A stretch of DNA of 36,868 bases from a virus. Lineage: Duplodnaviria > Caudoviricetes. The stretch's first letter is position 1; every line of letters begins with the position of its first letter. This document shows positions 1 to 7,904 of the stretch, piece by piece. The stretch lies in IMG/VR virus record IMGVR_UViG_3300047557_000313, positions 1 to 36,868 of that record. One strand, 5' to 3'. The notes under the pieces were generated by a model that did no database searches, was not told the origin of the DNA, and worked only from the letters and a program-made list of their open reading frames with translations. The translations under genes and the position numbers were made by a program.

Positions 1-134
1 CCAGAGCCTACGCTGTTCCGCGAGCGTTTGGGTTTTTTGCGTGTAATCAGTGCCAAGCTGGTAAGACTTGATCAGTTCATCCAGAGTAACCTCGCGTTCC
101 TCACCGGCTGCTTTCACCCGGTAGCGCGGAGGCT
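1..134 (+). repeat. Terminal direct repeat (circular-assembly overlap), copy 1
   Basis: 1-134 matches 36734-36868 except for one missing T (ccagagcct-acg versus ccagagccttacg); 9-134 is identical to 36743-36868. Confidence 0.95.
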
Positions 135-294
135 CCTCAATCTGCTCAGTCTGTTCCTGCTCCTGCTCAACAACCTCTTCCTGCGGTTCCTGCTGGTCGG
201 CCTGTGGAGCCTCAGCATCGCCCATCAATCCAAGAATTGCGGCAGCGCCCGTATTAACGTCAAGCTGTCCACTTCCTTGCGGAGTCGTGTCCAT
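135..294 (-). CDS. 5' part of the capsid scaffolding protein gene (continues across the join into 36868..36111)
   Basis: ATG at 294 gives MDTTPQGSGQLDVNTGAAAILGLMGDAEAPQADQQEPQEEVVEQEQEQTEQIEE, then runs in frame into PPRYRVKAAGEEREVTLDELIKSYQ; the joined ORF is 305 aa. Confidence 0.85.
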
Positions 295-302
295 AAACCC
301 TC

Positions 303-530
303 TTAAAGAATCTTCCATCGTTTAGATCGAATCTCAGTCGTTTCGGCAATCGCTTGGAAATGACCTTTGATTAAATCTATTGCGCGAATCATTCTATAGC
401 AATTTTCTCTTGCGTCAATCTCTTGATCACTAGAGTTAACAATCCTGTCAACAAAGCCTTGTTTCAGGCTTTCCAACTCCCTTACAAATTCATCGTCTCG
501 AAGCAGATTGGCTGCGCGTTCTGGACTCAT
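303..530 (-). CDS. Small helical hypothetical protein between portal and scaffold
   Basis: 75-aa ORF with an ATGA overlap with the portal stop; typical position in podovirus head modules. Confidence 0.75.
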   Translation of the reverse strand: MSPERAANLLRDDEFVRELESLKQGFVDRIVNSSDQEIDARENCYRMIRAIDLIKGHFQAIAETTEIRSKRWKIL

Positions 531-2533
531 CCTGGGATCTCTACGTTGGCACTAATACCAGCGCCGATCTTGGCAGCTTTCAGCTGTGCTTCTGCCTCAA
601 ACTCTGCTCGTTTAAGCTCCAACTCAGCAGCAGCCTTCTCTCGGGCAAGCTGAATATCGGCCTGAGCCTTCATCCGCTGCGTCTCGATTGCAGCCATTGC
701 CTTCTGCTGCTCAATCTGAATCTGCGCTTGAGCCTGGGCAATCATGGCATCGGTAGCAGGATTGGATTGCGGTTGCTCAGGTGGAGGGTTAGACAGTTGC
801 TGATCCTGCTCTGGAGTGATGTCCTTGAAGAACTCAGCGCTGTCCTTAAACCCAGCAGCCTCAACAAACCTGCCAAGAGTCGCGCGATACTGTCCGAGAC
901 TGACCAACGGGTTAGCAGGACCAGCCATCTGGAGAATCTGCTCCTGTTTAGCCAAAACCATCTGGAGCATTGCCATCTGTTCCTGCTTCGTACCAGTCCC
1001 AAGACCGACCCGAATGCTTACATCGTACTGATTGCTCCACTCTCGCGGGTCCATCGGCACAAACTTGCCACGCATCCGCAGCAAAACCTGCTTATCCTGA
1101 TACTTGCAGAGCAGGTGCAGAATGCCCTTGAACAGCGATTTAACGCCCGTCTCAGCGAAGATCCGAGCGATCAACTCAATCTTGCCCTGAGCAGCGTTGG
1201 TGACCGCAGCAACAGCCGCAGCAGTGACGTTTTGCAGGATGTTGGGATCTAGACCCTGTTGCGCGTCTGATACACCAGTGCGCTTCTGCTGAACCTGATC
1301 AAAATAACCCAGCATCGGGAAGATTTGATCGCCAACCGCGGGAACGGTGATCGGTGTGAGAGCACCGGGACTCTTCATCCTGACAACACCGCCAGGAGTG
1401 ACGTTGAGTAGGTCATCGATGTTTACCTGGCCCTCAACAACACCCATGCGAGCGTTGTTTGACAGATACAGGTTATCCAGCGATTGACGCACCAGAGTCG
1501 ATTTGATCAGTTGCAGATCCAGCGTCCTATCTGCCAGAGACTGACCGAAAAACTTATGCGGGATCGGGATCGGGCAAATAACGTGGAACGGGACGTAATC
1601 GGTCTTCTCGTTGCTCAGGATCTCGTTGTTGCTGTAGAAAATCTTACGCAGCTCAGCAAGACCATCACCGTCATAATCCACATAGATGTAGCACTCAAAG
1701 ACCTCAACCTCCTGCATCGACTCATCCAGCGAGGTAACCTCGAAAGGCTCCTCTCCAGGCGTGTATCGCGCAAGACGCTCCTCGGTGAAGTCCAGGCTGT
1801 TGAATGCTGGCAGACCGTCTACGATCTCTTTGTCGAATCCCATCTGGATCAGGATCGACCTGGGCACCAAAGTGCGGTGAGCGACGAACGGGGCATCCTG
1901 AATCGTGCGAGCTTTTTTGCTGACGATCAGCTCCTCTGGAGGAACATTCTCGACAACAACTCGACCCACCTTGTTGCGCTTCTGGACGACAACACTGCGC
2001 GTCTGCGTAACCTGACCGTCAATCTCAACTTCCTCGATCTGCTCCGCAACAACCTGCCGAGTACCGTCAGCCAGCAGCAGTGCAAGCTCGATCTCAGAGA
2101 GATTCTTGTAAACCTCCTCGATTACGTCCAGCTTCTCATCCCAGTACGCTTTGACCGTCCCAGTCTTCTGGAGCAGCGCATCCTTGAACCAGTGATGCAG
2201 GATGGTGAAACCAGGGTTTTGTTTGTAGAAAACCCAGTTTGCATAATCCGTTGCTTGCTTCGCGCCTTCCTCGTCACCTGGGCCTACAGGCTCATACTGG
2301 ATGATGTCGTCTGCGCGAGTGAATACCCGGATCAAATCCGGCAAAGCACCGTCTATAGCCTCTGCAACTTCAGCGGTAATGATCTGTGATCGACCTTCTA
2401 CCTCGTTGCCATAAGGCTTGCGGAGGTAGTAATCCATCGCTTTTGCGCGTTCAGCGGTGGTTTCTGTGTCCAGATAGCCGATTGCATCATCGATCTCAGA
2501 CGACAGAATGCCTTTGAGCTTACCCTCATCCAT
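527..2533 (-). CDS. Portal protein (P22-like podovirus type)
   Basis: 668 aa downstream of terL; N-terminal R.KAMDYY..KPYGNEVEGRS, WFKDALLQKTG, and a Q/A/E-rich C-terminal coiled coil resembling a portal barrel. Confidence 0.9.
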   Translation of the reverse strand: MDEGKLKGILSSEIDDAIGYLDTETTAERAKAMDYYLRKPYGNEVEGRSQIITAEVAEAIDGALPDLIRVFTRADDIIQYEPVGPGDEEGAKQATDYANWVFYKQNPGFTILHHWFKDALLQKTGTVKAYWDEKLDVIEEVYKNLSEIELALLLADGTRQVVAEQIEEVEIDGQVTQTRSVVVQKRNKVGRVVVENVPPEELIVSKKARTIQDAPFVAHRTLVPRSILIQMGFDKEIVDGLPAFNSLDFTEERLARYTPGEEPFEVTSLDESMQEVEVFECYIYVDYDGDGLAELRKIFYSNNEILSNEKTDYVPFHVICPIPIPHKFFGQSLADRTLDLQLIKSTLVRQSLDNLYLSNNARMGVVEGQVNIDDLLNVTPGGVVRMKSPGALTPITVPAVGDQIFPMLGYFDQVQQKRTGVSDAQQGLDPNILQNVTAAAVAAVTNAAQGKIELIARIFAETGVKSLFKGILHLLCKYQDKQVLLRMRGKFVPMDPREWSNQYDVSIRVGLGTGTKQEQMAMLQMVLAKQEQILQMAGPANPLVSLGQYRATLGRFVEAAGFKDSAEFFKDITPEQDQQLSNPPPEQPQSNPATDAMIAQAQAQIQIEQQKAMAAIETQRMKAQADIQLAREKAAAELELKRAEFEAEAQLKAAKIGAGISANVEIPG

Positions 2534-2693
2534 GTTGCACCTCTGCCCTGCGGATATATTGACGCTTCGGAGCAGGCTCTGCTTGTTTCAGCGCAGCAAT
2601 CTCCTGCTCTAGCTGGCGAATGCGCTCACGAAGCTCATAGACAACTTGGTCGAAATCTCGACGAAGGACGATATTTCCCTGCGGGACTAGCAT
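2526..2693 (-). CDS. Small coiled-coil hypothetical protein (55 aa, not in ORF track)
   Basis: MLVPQGNIVLRRDFDQVVYELRERIRQLEQEIAALKQAEPAPKRQYIRRAEVQHG; its ATG overlaps the terL stop (TGATG) and it fills the terL-portal gap. Confidence 0.7.
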   Translation of the reverse strand: MLVPQGNIVLRRDFDQVVYELRERIRQLEQEIAALKQAEPAPKRQYIRRAEVQHG

Positions 2694-3946
2694 CAGACCA
2701 CCCACTTAGTATTTGTTGCAATCGGTTTGCCCCAATCGTCATTGGACATCATTTCCAGTGACTCTGCAAGATAACGCCACGCATCAGCAGCGTGAGAATG
2801 TTCGTCGTGCAATGGCGCACCAGCCTCTTGCGTAACCTGATTGATTGATCTGCGATACCGTTTGAGATGGTTTACAAGCTCCATCGTTTTGTCAGCATCG
2901 AAATAAGCCCGAGGAAAGACCATACGCGCGATCCTGATGCCTTCCTCTGGATTACCCCTTGGCAGCACCGTTACGCGCCTCCCAAGCGTTTCTAGCAGGT
3001 TTTGCGTGGATCTACCGGTCTGGAAGTTTTTGTGCGCTCCATCGTGCGGGATAAAGTCTGTGCCCCAGCGCCATTTTCTCGACTCGATCTCCATGACATA
3101 ACTATCAATCGTCCGATGGCTGTCCTCGATGTAATCAATAACCCTGACCTCTGACGCGACCTTCTGGACAAAGATGATTGACATGGAATCGTTCCAACCC
3201 AGATCCCACACGGTATGAACTTTCAGCGTCGGATCATATGGCACAGACCTAATCCGACCTTCCCGCTGTAGCGCATCGATCTCATTGGCATAGATAGCAC
3301 CATCGACAGCAGGTCTGCATCGACCTTCCCAGACAGTGAGATAGCCCTGCGGGTCTCTGTCTAGCCAGTCTCTGCGCTCTTTATCGAGTTCTGGCGGGAA
3401 CCAAGGATTATCTGACCAGTTGACCTCGCACACCCATGAGTCTGACGGTGGATGCGCGACAAACCTTGTAAAGGTTTCATCCGTGTCTAGCTCAGGATTG
3501 AAGCTAACCCAGATTTCTGATCCCGGCTTGCGGATGGTTGGTATCAGTACATCCCACGATTTACGAGTGACAACCTGAGCCTCCTCAACCCAGCAGATGT
3601 CAGTGCCCTCGTAGGACTTCATATTTGCCACACCTTGCTGGCGAATACCTGCAAATGTGAACTCTGTCCCGTTGGAACCTATGATCCTGTTTTCTTGCAC
3701 CTCGTACAGGCTATCCAGTCCTAGCAGACTGATCTGATCCTTCAGCAGCCGGTGGACGGACTCTTGGATGGACTTCTGCGTCTCTCTGGCGCAGAGAACC
3801 CTGATCGGTTTGGATGCTCCTAGTGCTACCAATGCCCGAGCAATCGACCAGGACTTGCCTGAACCCCTGCCACCGTGCAAAACCTTGTAACGTCTTGGCT
3901 GGAACAGCGGCAGGAGTTTATTCGGCAGTTCGACTCTTTGCCTCAA
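2693..3946 (-). CDS. terL: Terminase large subunit (PBSX/Terminase_3-like)
   Basis: Walker A GGRGSGKS, Walker B CWVEEAQ, coupling motif SFNP, nuclease WDLGWND and HAADAWRY. Confidence 0.95.
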   Translation of the reverse strand: MRQRVELPNKLLPLFQPRRYKVLHGGRGSGKSWSIARALVALGASKPIRVLCARETQKSIQESVHRLLKDQISLLGLDSLYEVQENRIIGSNGTEFTFAGIRQQGVANMKSYEGTDICWVEEAQVVTRKSWDVLIPTIRKPGSEIWVSFNPELDTDETFTRFVAHPPSDSWVCEVNWSDNPWFPPELDKERRDWLDRDPQGYLTVWEGRCRPAVDGAIYANEIDALQREGRIRSVPYDPTLKVHTVWDLGWNDSMSIIFVQKVASEVRVIDYIEDSHRTIDSYVMEIESRKWRWGTDFIPHDGAHKNFQTGRSTQNLLETLGRRVTVLPRGNPEEGIRIARMVFPRAYFDADKTMELVNHLKRYRRSINQVTQEAGAPLHDEHSHAADAWRYLAESLEMMSNDDWGKPIATNTKWVV

Positions 3947-4292
3947 CCCCGACCACCTCTAAAACGGTTGCAGACTGGATTGGCCCACCATCAGCACCAA
4001 CAAGCTCATGGGTGGTCTTTTCCTTCCACCCTGCGCGAGTTTTCATCCAGAAGATCATTGCCGCGGTATTGCCTGACTTTGCCTGTTGGAACAAAGTCTG
4101 AGCAACCTGAGCGTTAGCGTCGATCCTTCCTTCCTCAAGTTCCTGCCGGTAATACTTCAGCACAGTGTCATGGCTGATGCCTAGCTTTGTGCCAATGTCA
4201 TCAACCCTTGCACCTACCGCGGCAAGCATCTTAACCAGCCTACGGTTCTCGTCTGTAGGCTTGTGATCCTTCGCTCCTATTTTTCTAGCCAC
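3918..4292 (-). CDS. terS: Terminase small subunit
   Basis: N-terminal HTH (VDDIGTKLGISHDTVLKYY), AMIFWMKTRAGWKE and ELVGADGGPI motifs; directly upstream of terL. Confidence 0.85.
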   Translation of the reverse strand: MARKIGAKDHKPTDENRRLVKMLAAVGARVDDIGTKLGISHDTVLKYYRQELEEGRIDANAQVAQTLFQQAKSGNTAAMIFWMKTRAGWKEKTTHELVGADGGPIQSATVLEVVGVEAKSRTAE

Positions 4293-5505
4293 GATTGTTT
4301 ACTACCTCATCGAACAATTGACCAGTAGACTCTAGCGTTGCTTTCTTTCCTGTAAAGTCTTGCCATCGCTTTACGATTACGTCGCAATACTTTGGATCGA
4401 GTTCCATTAAACGAGCGTAACGGCCATTCTTTTCTGCTGCAATCAATGTAGTACCTGATCCACCAAAACTGTCTAACACGACATCGCCACCCTTGGTGTT
4501 GTTGAGCATTTGATACTCAAACAATGCAACTGGCTTCATTGTTGGGTGCTCGCCGTTCCGGCTTGGTTTGTCAAACTCTAAGATGGTGGTCTGCTTTCGA
4601 TCCGACGCCCACAGGTGACCAGCGCCGTCCTTCCATCCGTATAGGCATGGCTCGTGTTGCCATTGATAGTCCTGCCTCCCAAGCACCAAACTGGACTTCT
4701 TCCATATCAAGCACTGGCGAACCGTCCAGCCAGCGTCCTTGGCCGCGCCGCGAAAGTTGTAACCCTCCGAGTCAGCGTGCCAGATGTAGAACACCGATCC
4801 GGCCTTCATCACAGCGTCAGCGGCTGTGTAGGAATCTCGGAGGAACTGACGGAATTGCTCATCGCCCATCGAATCGTTCTTAATTGTGAGCTTTTCCTTG
4901 GTTCCACCCTCGTAAGCCACGTTGTAGGGTGGATCTGTAAGCCACATATCGACCAACTGGTTAGAACAAAGCGTTTCTAGTGATTCAATGCTCGTGCTAT
5001 CCCCGCACATCACCCTATGCTTGCCTAGCAGCCAGATGTCACCTAATCGCGTGGCAGGCTCCTCTGGAACCTCTGGAGTCTCATCCTCGTCCGTCAATCC
5101 TTCCGTCACCTCTACAGGCTTCAGCGCATCCATTTCCTCTTGCGTGAAACCGGTAAGGCTAATGTCAAACCCGCTATTGACAAGCTCCTCTAGCTCGACA
5201 GATAGGAGGTTGTTCTCCCATCCAGCGTTTAGTGCGAGTTTGTTGTCGGCCAGGATGTAAGCCTTCCGTTGAGTCTCTGACAGATGACTCAACCTGATGC
5301 AAGGCACTTCTGACAGGTTTAGCTTTCGAGCAGCCATCACCCTGCCGTGACCGGCAATGATGCTGTTGTCGTCTGCTATCAAAACAGGGTTGTTAAACCC
5401 AAACTCTCGGATGCTGGCAGCAATCTGGGCAACTTGCTCGTCCGAGTGTGTACGCGCATTCCTGGCGTATGGAATCAGCTTGTCGATTCCAATCTTTTCT
5501 ATCAT
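4285..5505 (-). CDS. ParB-N-domain-fused DNA N6-adenine/N4-cytosine methyltransferase (beta class)
   Basis: N-terminal ParB/Srx-like domain (PYARNARTHS...IIAGHGR...ADNKL), catalytic TDPPY, HPTMKPV, SAM-binding VLDSFGGSGTT. Confidence 0.93.
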   Translation of the reverse strand: MIEKIGIDKLIPYARNARTHSDEQVAQIAASIREFGFNNPVLIADDNSIIAGHGRVMAARKLNLSEVPCIRLSHLSETQRKAYILADNKLALNAGWENNLLSVELEELVNSGFDISLTGFTQEEMDALKPVEVTEGLTDEDETPEVPEEPATRLGDIWLLGKHRVMCGDSTSIESLETLCSNQLVDMWLTDPPYNVAYEGGTKEKLTIKNDSMGDEQFRQFLRDSYTAADAVMKAGSVFYIWHADSEGYNFRGAAKDAGWTVRQCLIWKKSSLVLGRQDYQWQHEPCLYGWKDGAGHLWASDRKQTTILEFDKPSRNGEHPTMKPVALFEYQMLNNTKGGDVVLDSFGGSGTTLIAAEKNGRYARLMELDPKYCDVIVKRWQDFTGKKATLESTGQLFDEVVNNRG

Positions 5506-5529
5506 TCCGACTCCTAACGGGTCATCGGT

Positions 5530-6216
5530 TTACTTTACCTTTACTCGATCCTTAATCAGTTTGTCGATCTCTGGATCACCCATCTGCTCCGGTGTTGGTG
5601 CAAACAATGCTCGTTTTCTGTTGTCTGTCACCGCTGCCGGTTCAGACAAATAATATACAGCGATTGAGTTTCTGGTTACACCTGCTGGACATTTGATTGG
5701 ATCAGGCAGTCCATGCCATGAGCCTCTAGTGTCGAAGATCACTGCCCTGTTGAACTTCGGCTCAACGGTCTTAACAAGAGTTCGGCTGTCTTTGTACAGA
5801 CCAAGCCCACCACCCCATTCCTGTTTCCAATCAGAAGTAAGGTATACGATAAGGTTAAGACGGCGTTGTAGGTGTAGCTTTGGATGGATGTTGTAATCCA
5901 GGTGAACATTGAGCTTCCCTCCTCTGCTGTGCTGATGCCAGCCACCACCGTGCAGTCCTGCGTCAGCGAACAAGTCCTCGTCTACCATCGCCTCCAGGTT
6001 TGCTGTAAACCTGTCGCTGGTCAGCCATGCGAATGTCTTGTATGTCTCTGGTGGGAACTTGTGCCAGTCGTTGCAGGTGCGCTTGACCTCTAACGGACTG
6101 TCATACCGAAACCAGCATGGATCATCTGGCTGCGGGAAATCTTTTGCTAGCTGATCTGGATTGGTGAAAAAATCATCTATCACGCAATGCCAGTATGGAT
6201 CGTGGTCTACGATCAC
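5530..6216 (-). CDS. 2OG-Fe(II) oxygenase, prolyl-4-hydroxylase-like
   Basis: HxD (VHLDYN), RRLNLIVYL...WGGGL, PKFNRAVIF, distal His (SWHG) and 2OG-binding RxS (RNSIAVYY). Confidence 0.88.
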   Translation of the reverse strand: MIVDHDPYWHCVIDDFFTNPDQLAKDFPQPDDPCWFRYDSPLEVKRTCNDWHKFPPETYKTFAWLTSDRFTANLEAMVDEDLFADAGLHGGGWHQHSRGGKLNVHLDYNIHPKLHLQRRLNLIVYLTSDWKQEWGGGLGLYKDSRTLVKTVEPKFNRAVIFDTRGSWHGLPDPIKCPAGVTRNSIAVYYLSEPAAVTDNRKRALFAPTPEQMGDPEIDKLIKDRVKVK

Positions 6217-6509
6217 TTTTTATTGCGCTCGCTGATAGCTTTAGCTTTGGCCTTAGCGTCTGCCTTGGATGACGCGCCCCAGGCTCGCAGTGACAGCAAC
6301 AGGCGCGTTGGCTTGCCGTCCTTGTACTCTGGCCCAGGCATACCACCCATCCGAGCGAGGAATGATGCCCTGCGAGGATTGTCACCAGACTTCACCGGAG
6401 CTTTCAGGTCTGATCCTGGATTGGCTCGCTCGTAAGACTTCCTGCCAGCCTCATTCAGACCACCAGACGGGCTTTTACCGGCCTTGCGAGTCCATGCAGG
6501 TGACTTCAT
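6213..6509 (-). CDS. Small basic phage protein (resembles DUF6321-type)
   Basis: AWTRKAGKSPSGGLN..GRKSY...GSDLKAP....NPRRASFLARM pattern; Lys/Arg rich; overlapping start/stop at both ends. Family name from recall only. Confidence 0.7.
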   Translation of the reverse strand: MKSPAWTRKAGKSPSGGLNEAGRKSYERANPGSDLKAPVKSGDNPRRASFLARMGGMPGPEYKDGKPTRLLLSLRAWGASSKADAKAKAKAISERNKK

Positions 6510-6661
6510 TTCTTCTTGGCCGCCCTGATGTTATCCACCAGATTAGGGTATGGCCTGCCAGCAGCAGCCGCCATCGCCTTTGCAGACTTCTTCTGCTTCT
6601 TCGACAGCGGATCAGGTTTGCCAGCAGACTTAGGCCGAGGTTTGTCCCAGATTGGCTTCAT
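6506..6661 (-). CDS. Lys/Pro-rich micropeptide (51 aa, not in ORF track)
   Basis: MKPIWDKPRPKSAGKPDPLSKKQKKSAKAMAAAAGRPYPNLVDNIRAAKKK; ATGA overlaps at both ends. Confidence 0.75.
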   Translation of the reverse strand: MKPIWDKPRPKSAGKPDPLSKKQKKSAKAMAAAAGRPYPNLVDNIRAAKKK

Positions 6662-6735
6662 TTCTTCGGGTACTTTGGAGCGTTGTTCTTGGCAGGCTTG
6701 GGCTTTTTGTACTTCGGTTGATTGGTCGTACCCAT
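6658..6735 (-). CDS. Lys/Pro-rich micropeptide (25 aa, not in ORF track)
   Basis: MGTTNQPKYKKPKPAKNNAPKYPKK; TAATG overlap upstream, ATGA overlap downstream, GGAGG upstream. Confidence 0.65.
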   Translation of the reverse strand: MGTTNQPKYKKPKPAKNNAPKYPKK

Positions 6736-7079
6736 TAATCTTCCTCCATCATCTTAGCCATCTTGAGCATGATCTTGTGCTTCTCGGTCATGCCTTTAAC
6801 AGGACCACCTGACAGCCAGCGATCACAGACGTAATCCTCTGAGCAGCGAAAGTCCCATCGCGCACAGTAGCCGATGTCATCGTCATCAACGATGTCCTGC
6901 ATTTCCTCCGGCAGACCAGAGACCATGCACTCGATCATCTCTGGAGTTTGCAGGAACCGAGCACAGTTCCCACAGCTCGCGCTTTCGTCACCAGACTCCG
7001 CATATTTTGCTTTGGCCTCAGCCTCAGCCTTGTTGCGGTCGTTGACCTTTTGATCCTGCGTGGCGATAGGGCATTGCAT
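6735..7079 (-). CDS. Cys-rich protein with HiPIP-like metal/Fe-S ligand pattern
   Basis: Y26, C36xxC39, GYC72, C85xxW88; seven Cys in 114 aa; TAATG coupling at both ends. Confidence 0.7.
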   Translation of the reverse strand: MQCPIATQDQKVNDRNKAEAEAKAKYAESGDESASCGNCARFLQTPEMIECMVSGLPEEMQDIVDDDDIGYCARWDFRCSEDYVCDRWLSGGPVKGMTEKHKIMLKMAKMMEED

Positions 7080-7246
7080 TACATCTTCCCCTTCTTCTTG
7101 GCAGGCATCCGACTGTAAGCCTTTTTCGGCGTTTCTTCGATCATTTTTTTAGCCACACTCTGCGGAACACCCGTCTCTTTTGCGACCTTCTTGCTACCGG
7201 CTGCTGCGTACATCAACCGCTGTTGCTGCTTGCTGGTGATCGGCAT
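7079..7246 (-). CDS. Lys-rich micropeptide (55 aa, not in ORF track)
   Basis: MPITSKQQQRLMYAAAGSKKVAKETGVPQSVAKKMIEETPKKAYSRMPAKKKGKM; GAGGA RBS; its TAA overlaps the next ATG. Confidence 0.75.
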   Translation of the reverse strand: MPITSKQQQRLMYAAAGSKKVAKETGVPQSVAKKMIEETPKKAYSRMPAKKKGKM

Positions 7247-7247
7247 T

Positions 7248-7904
7248 TTAGTCCTCGACGATGTGCTCTAGGTGCCCAATACGGCCAATAACACCCATCT
7301 TATCAACTTCTTGCACACTTGTCTCCGGCAAGAATTTGAACAATCCATGCTCGATGTCGAACACTTTTTTGTCCTTCCACTGCGACCAATGGAATGCCAG
7401 TGAGCGCTTTAACGCCAGCTCAAGCGTAGGAATCTGGACGCTTGGTATTCCGTAGCACCGAGTCATGTACATATGCGTCGTGCCACACTCATCCAGACTG
7501 AACCCGGTTGGAATCCTGCGCTTGAACACCAGTTTTTCTGGGTCATGCGAGCGTGGATCAAAGTCATCCGTCAACTGATAGCGACCACTAACTTTATAGT
7601 TGTTCGCCTCAGTCAGCCAATCCAGAGACCGGATCATCACCTGCATCTCAATTGAGTTCTGGATGAACCCTCTTGGCAATCCACTGTCATGCGCCTCATG
7701 GATAAAATCGCAATCCCAGAACGGGACTAGATGCACCCTTCTTGGAATAGCCTCTAGGAAGGCTTTATCGGGCCTGTAGCGCGATGATTCTGTCAGGACG
7801 ATAGACGCCAGCGGGATTCGCCTCCAGATGCTCTCAAGCGTTCCTAGCAGCTCATAGCAGCGTCTTTCGTCGTTGTTTATCGCTGATGTGACCAAAAATC
7901 TCAT
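7248..7904 (-). CDS. Hypothetical protein, possibly glycosyltransferase-related
   Basis: Start re-called to ATG 7904 (ATGA overlap with the GT32 stop); FLVTSAIN...TLESI..RIP...IVLTES and YKVSGRY.L.D.F motifs; next to a GT. The function is an inference. Confidence 0.55.
   Translation of the reverse strand: MRFLVTSAINNDERRCYELLGTLESIWRRIPLASIVLTESSRYRPDKAFLEAIPRRVHLVPFWDCDFIHEAHDSGLPRGFIQNSIEMQVMIRSLDWLTEANNYKVSGRYQLTDDFDPRSHDPEKLVFKRRIPTGFSLDECGTTHMYMTRCYGIPSVQIPTLELALKRSLAFHWSQWKDKKVFDIEHGLFKFLPETSVQEVDKMGVIGRIGHLEHIVED

Noticed and set aside
728-2389. Long plus-strand ORFs (728..1252, 1484..2389) opposite the portal gene
   Set aside because: Antisense shadows of a codon-biased gene; no RBS or recognisable motifs.
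6516-6812. Plus-strand ORFs 6516..6812 and 6269..6721 in the ORF track
   Set aside because: The region is fully tiled by coupled minus-strand small ORFs that match the operon direction.
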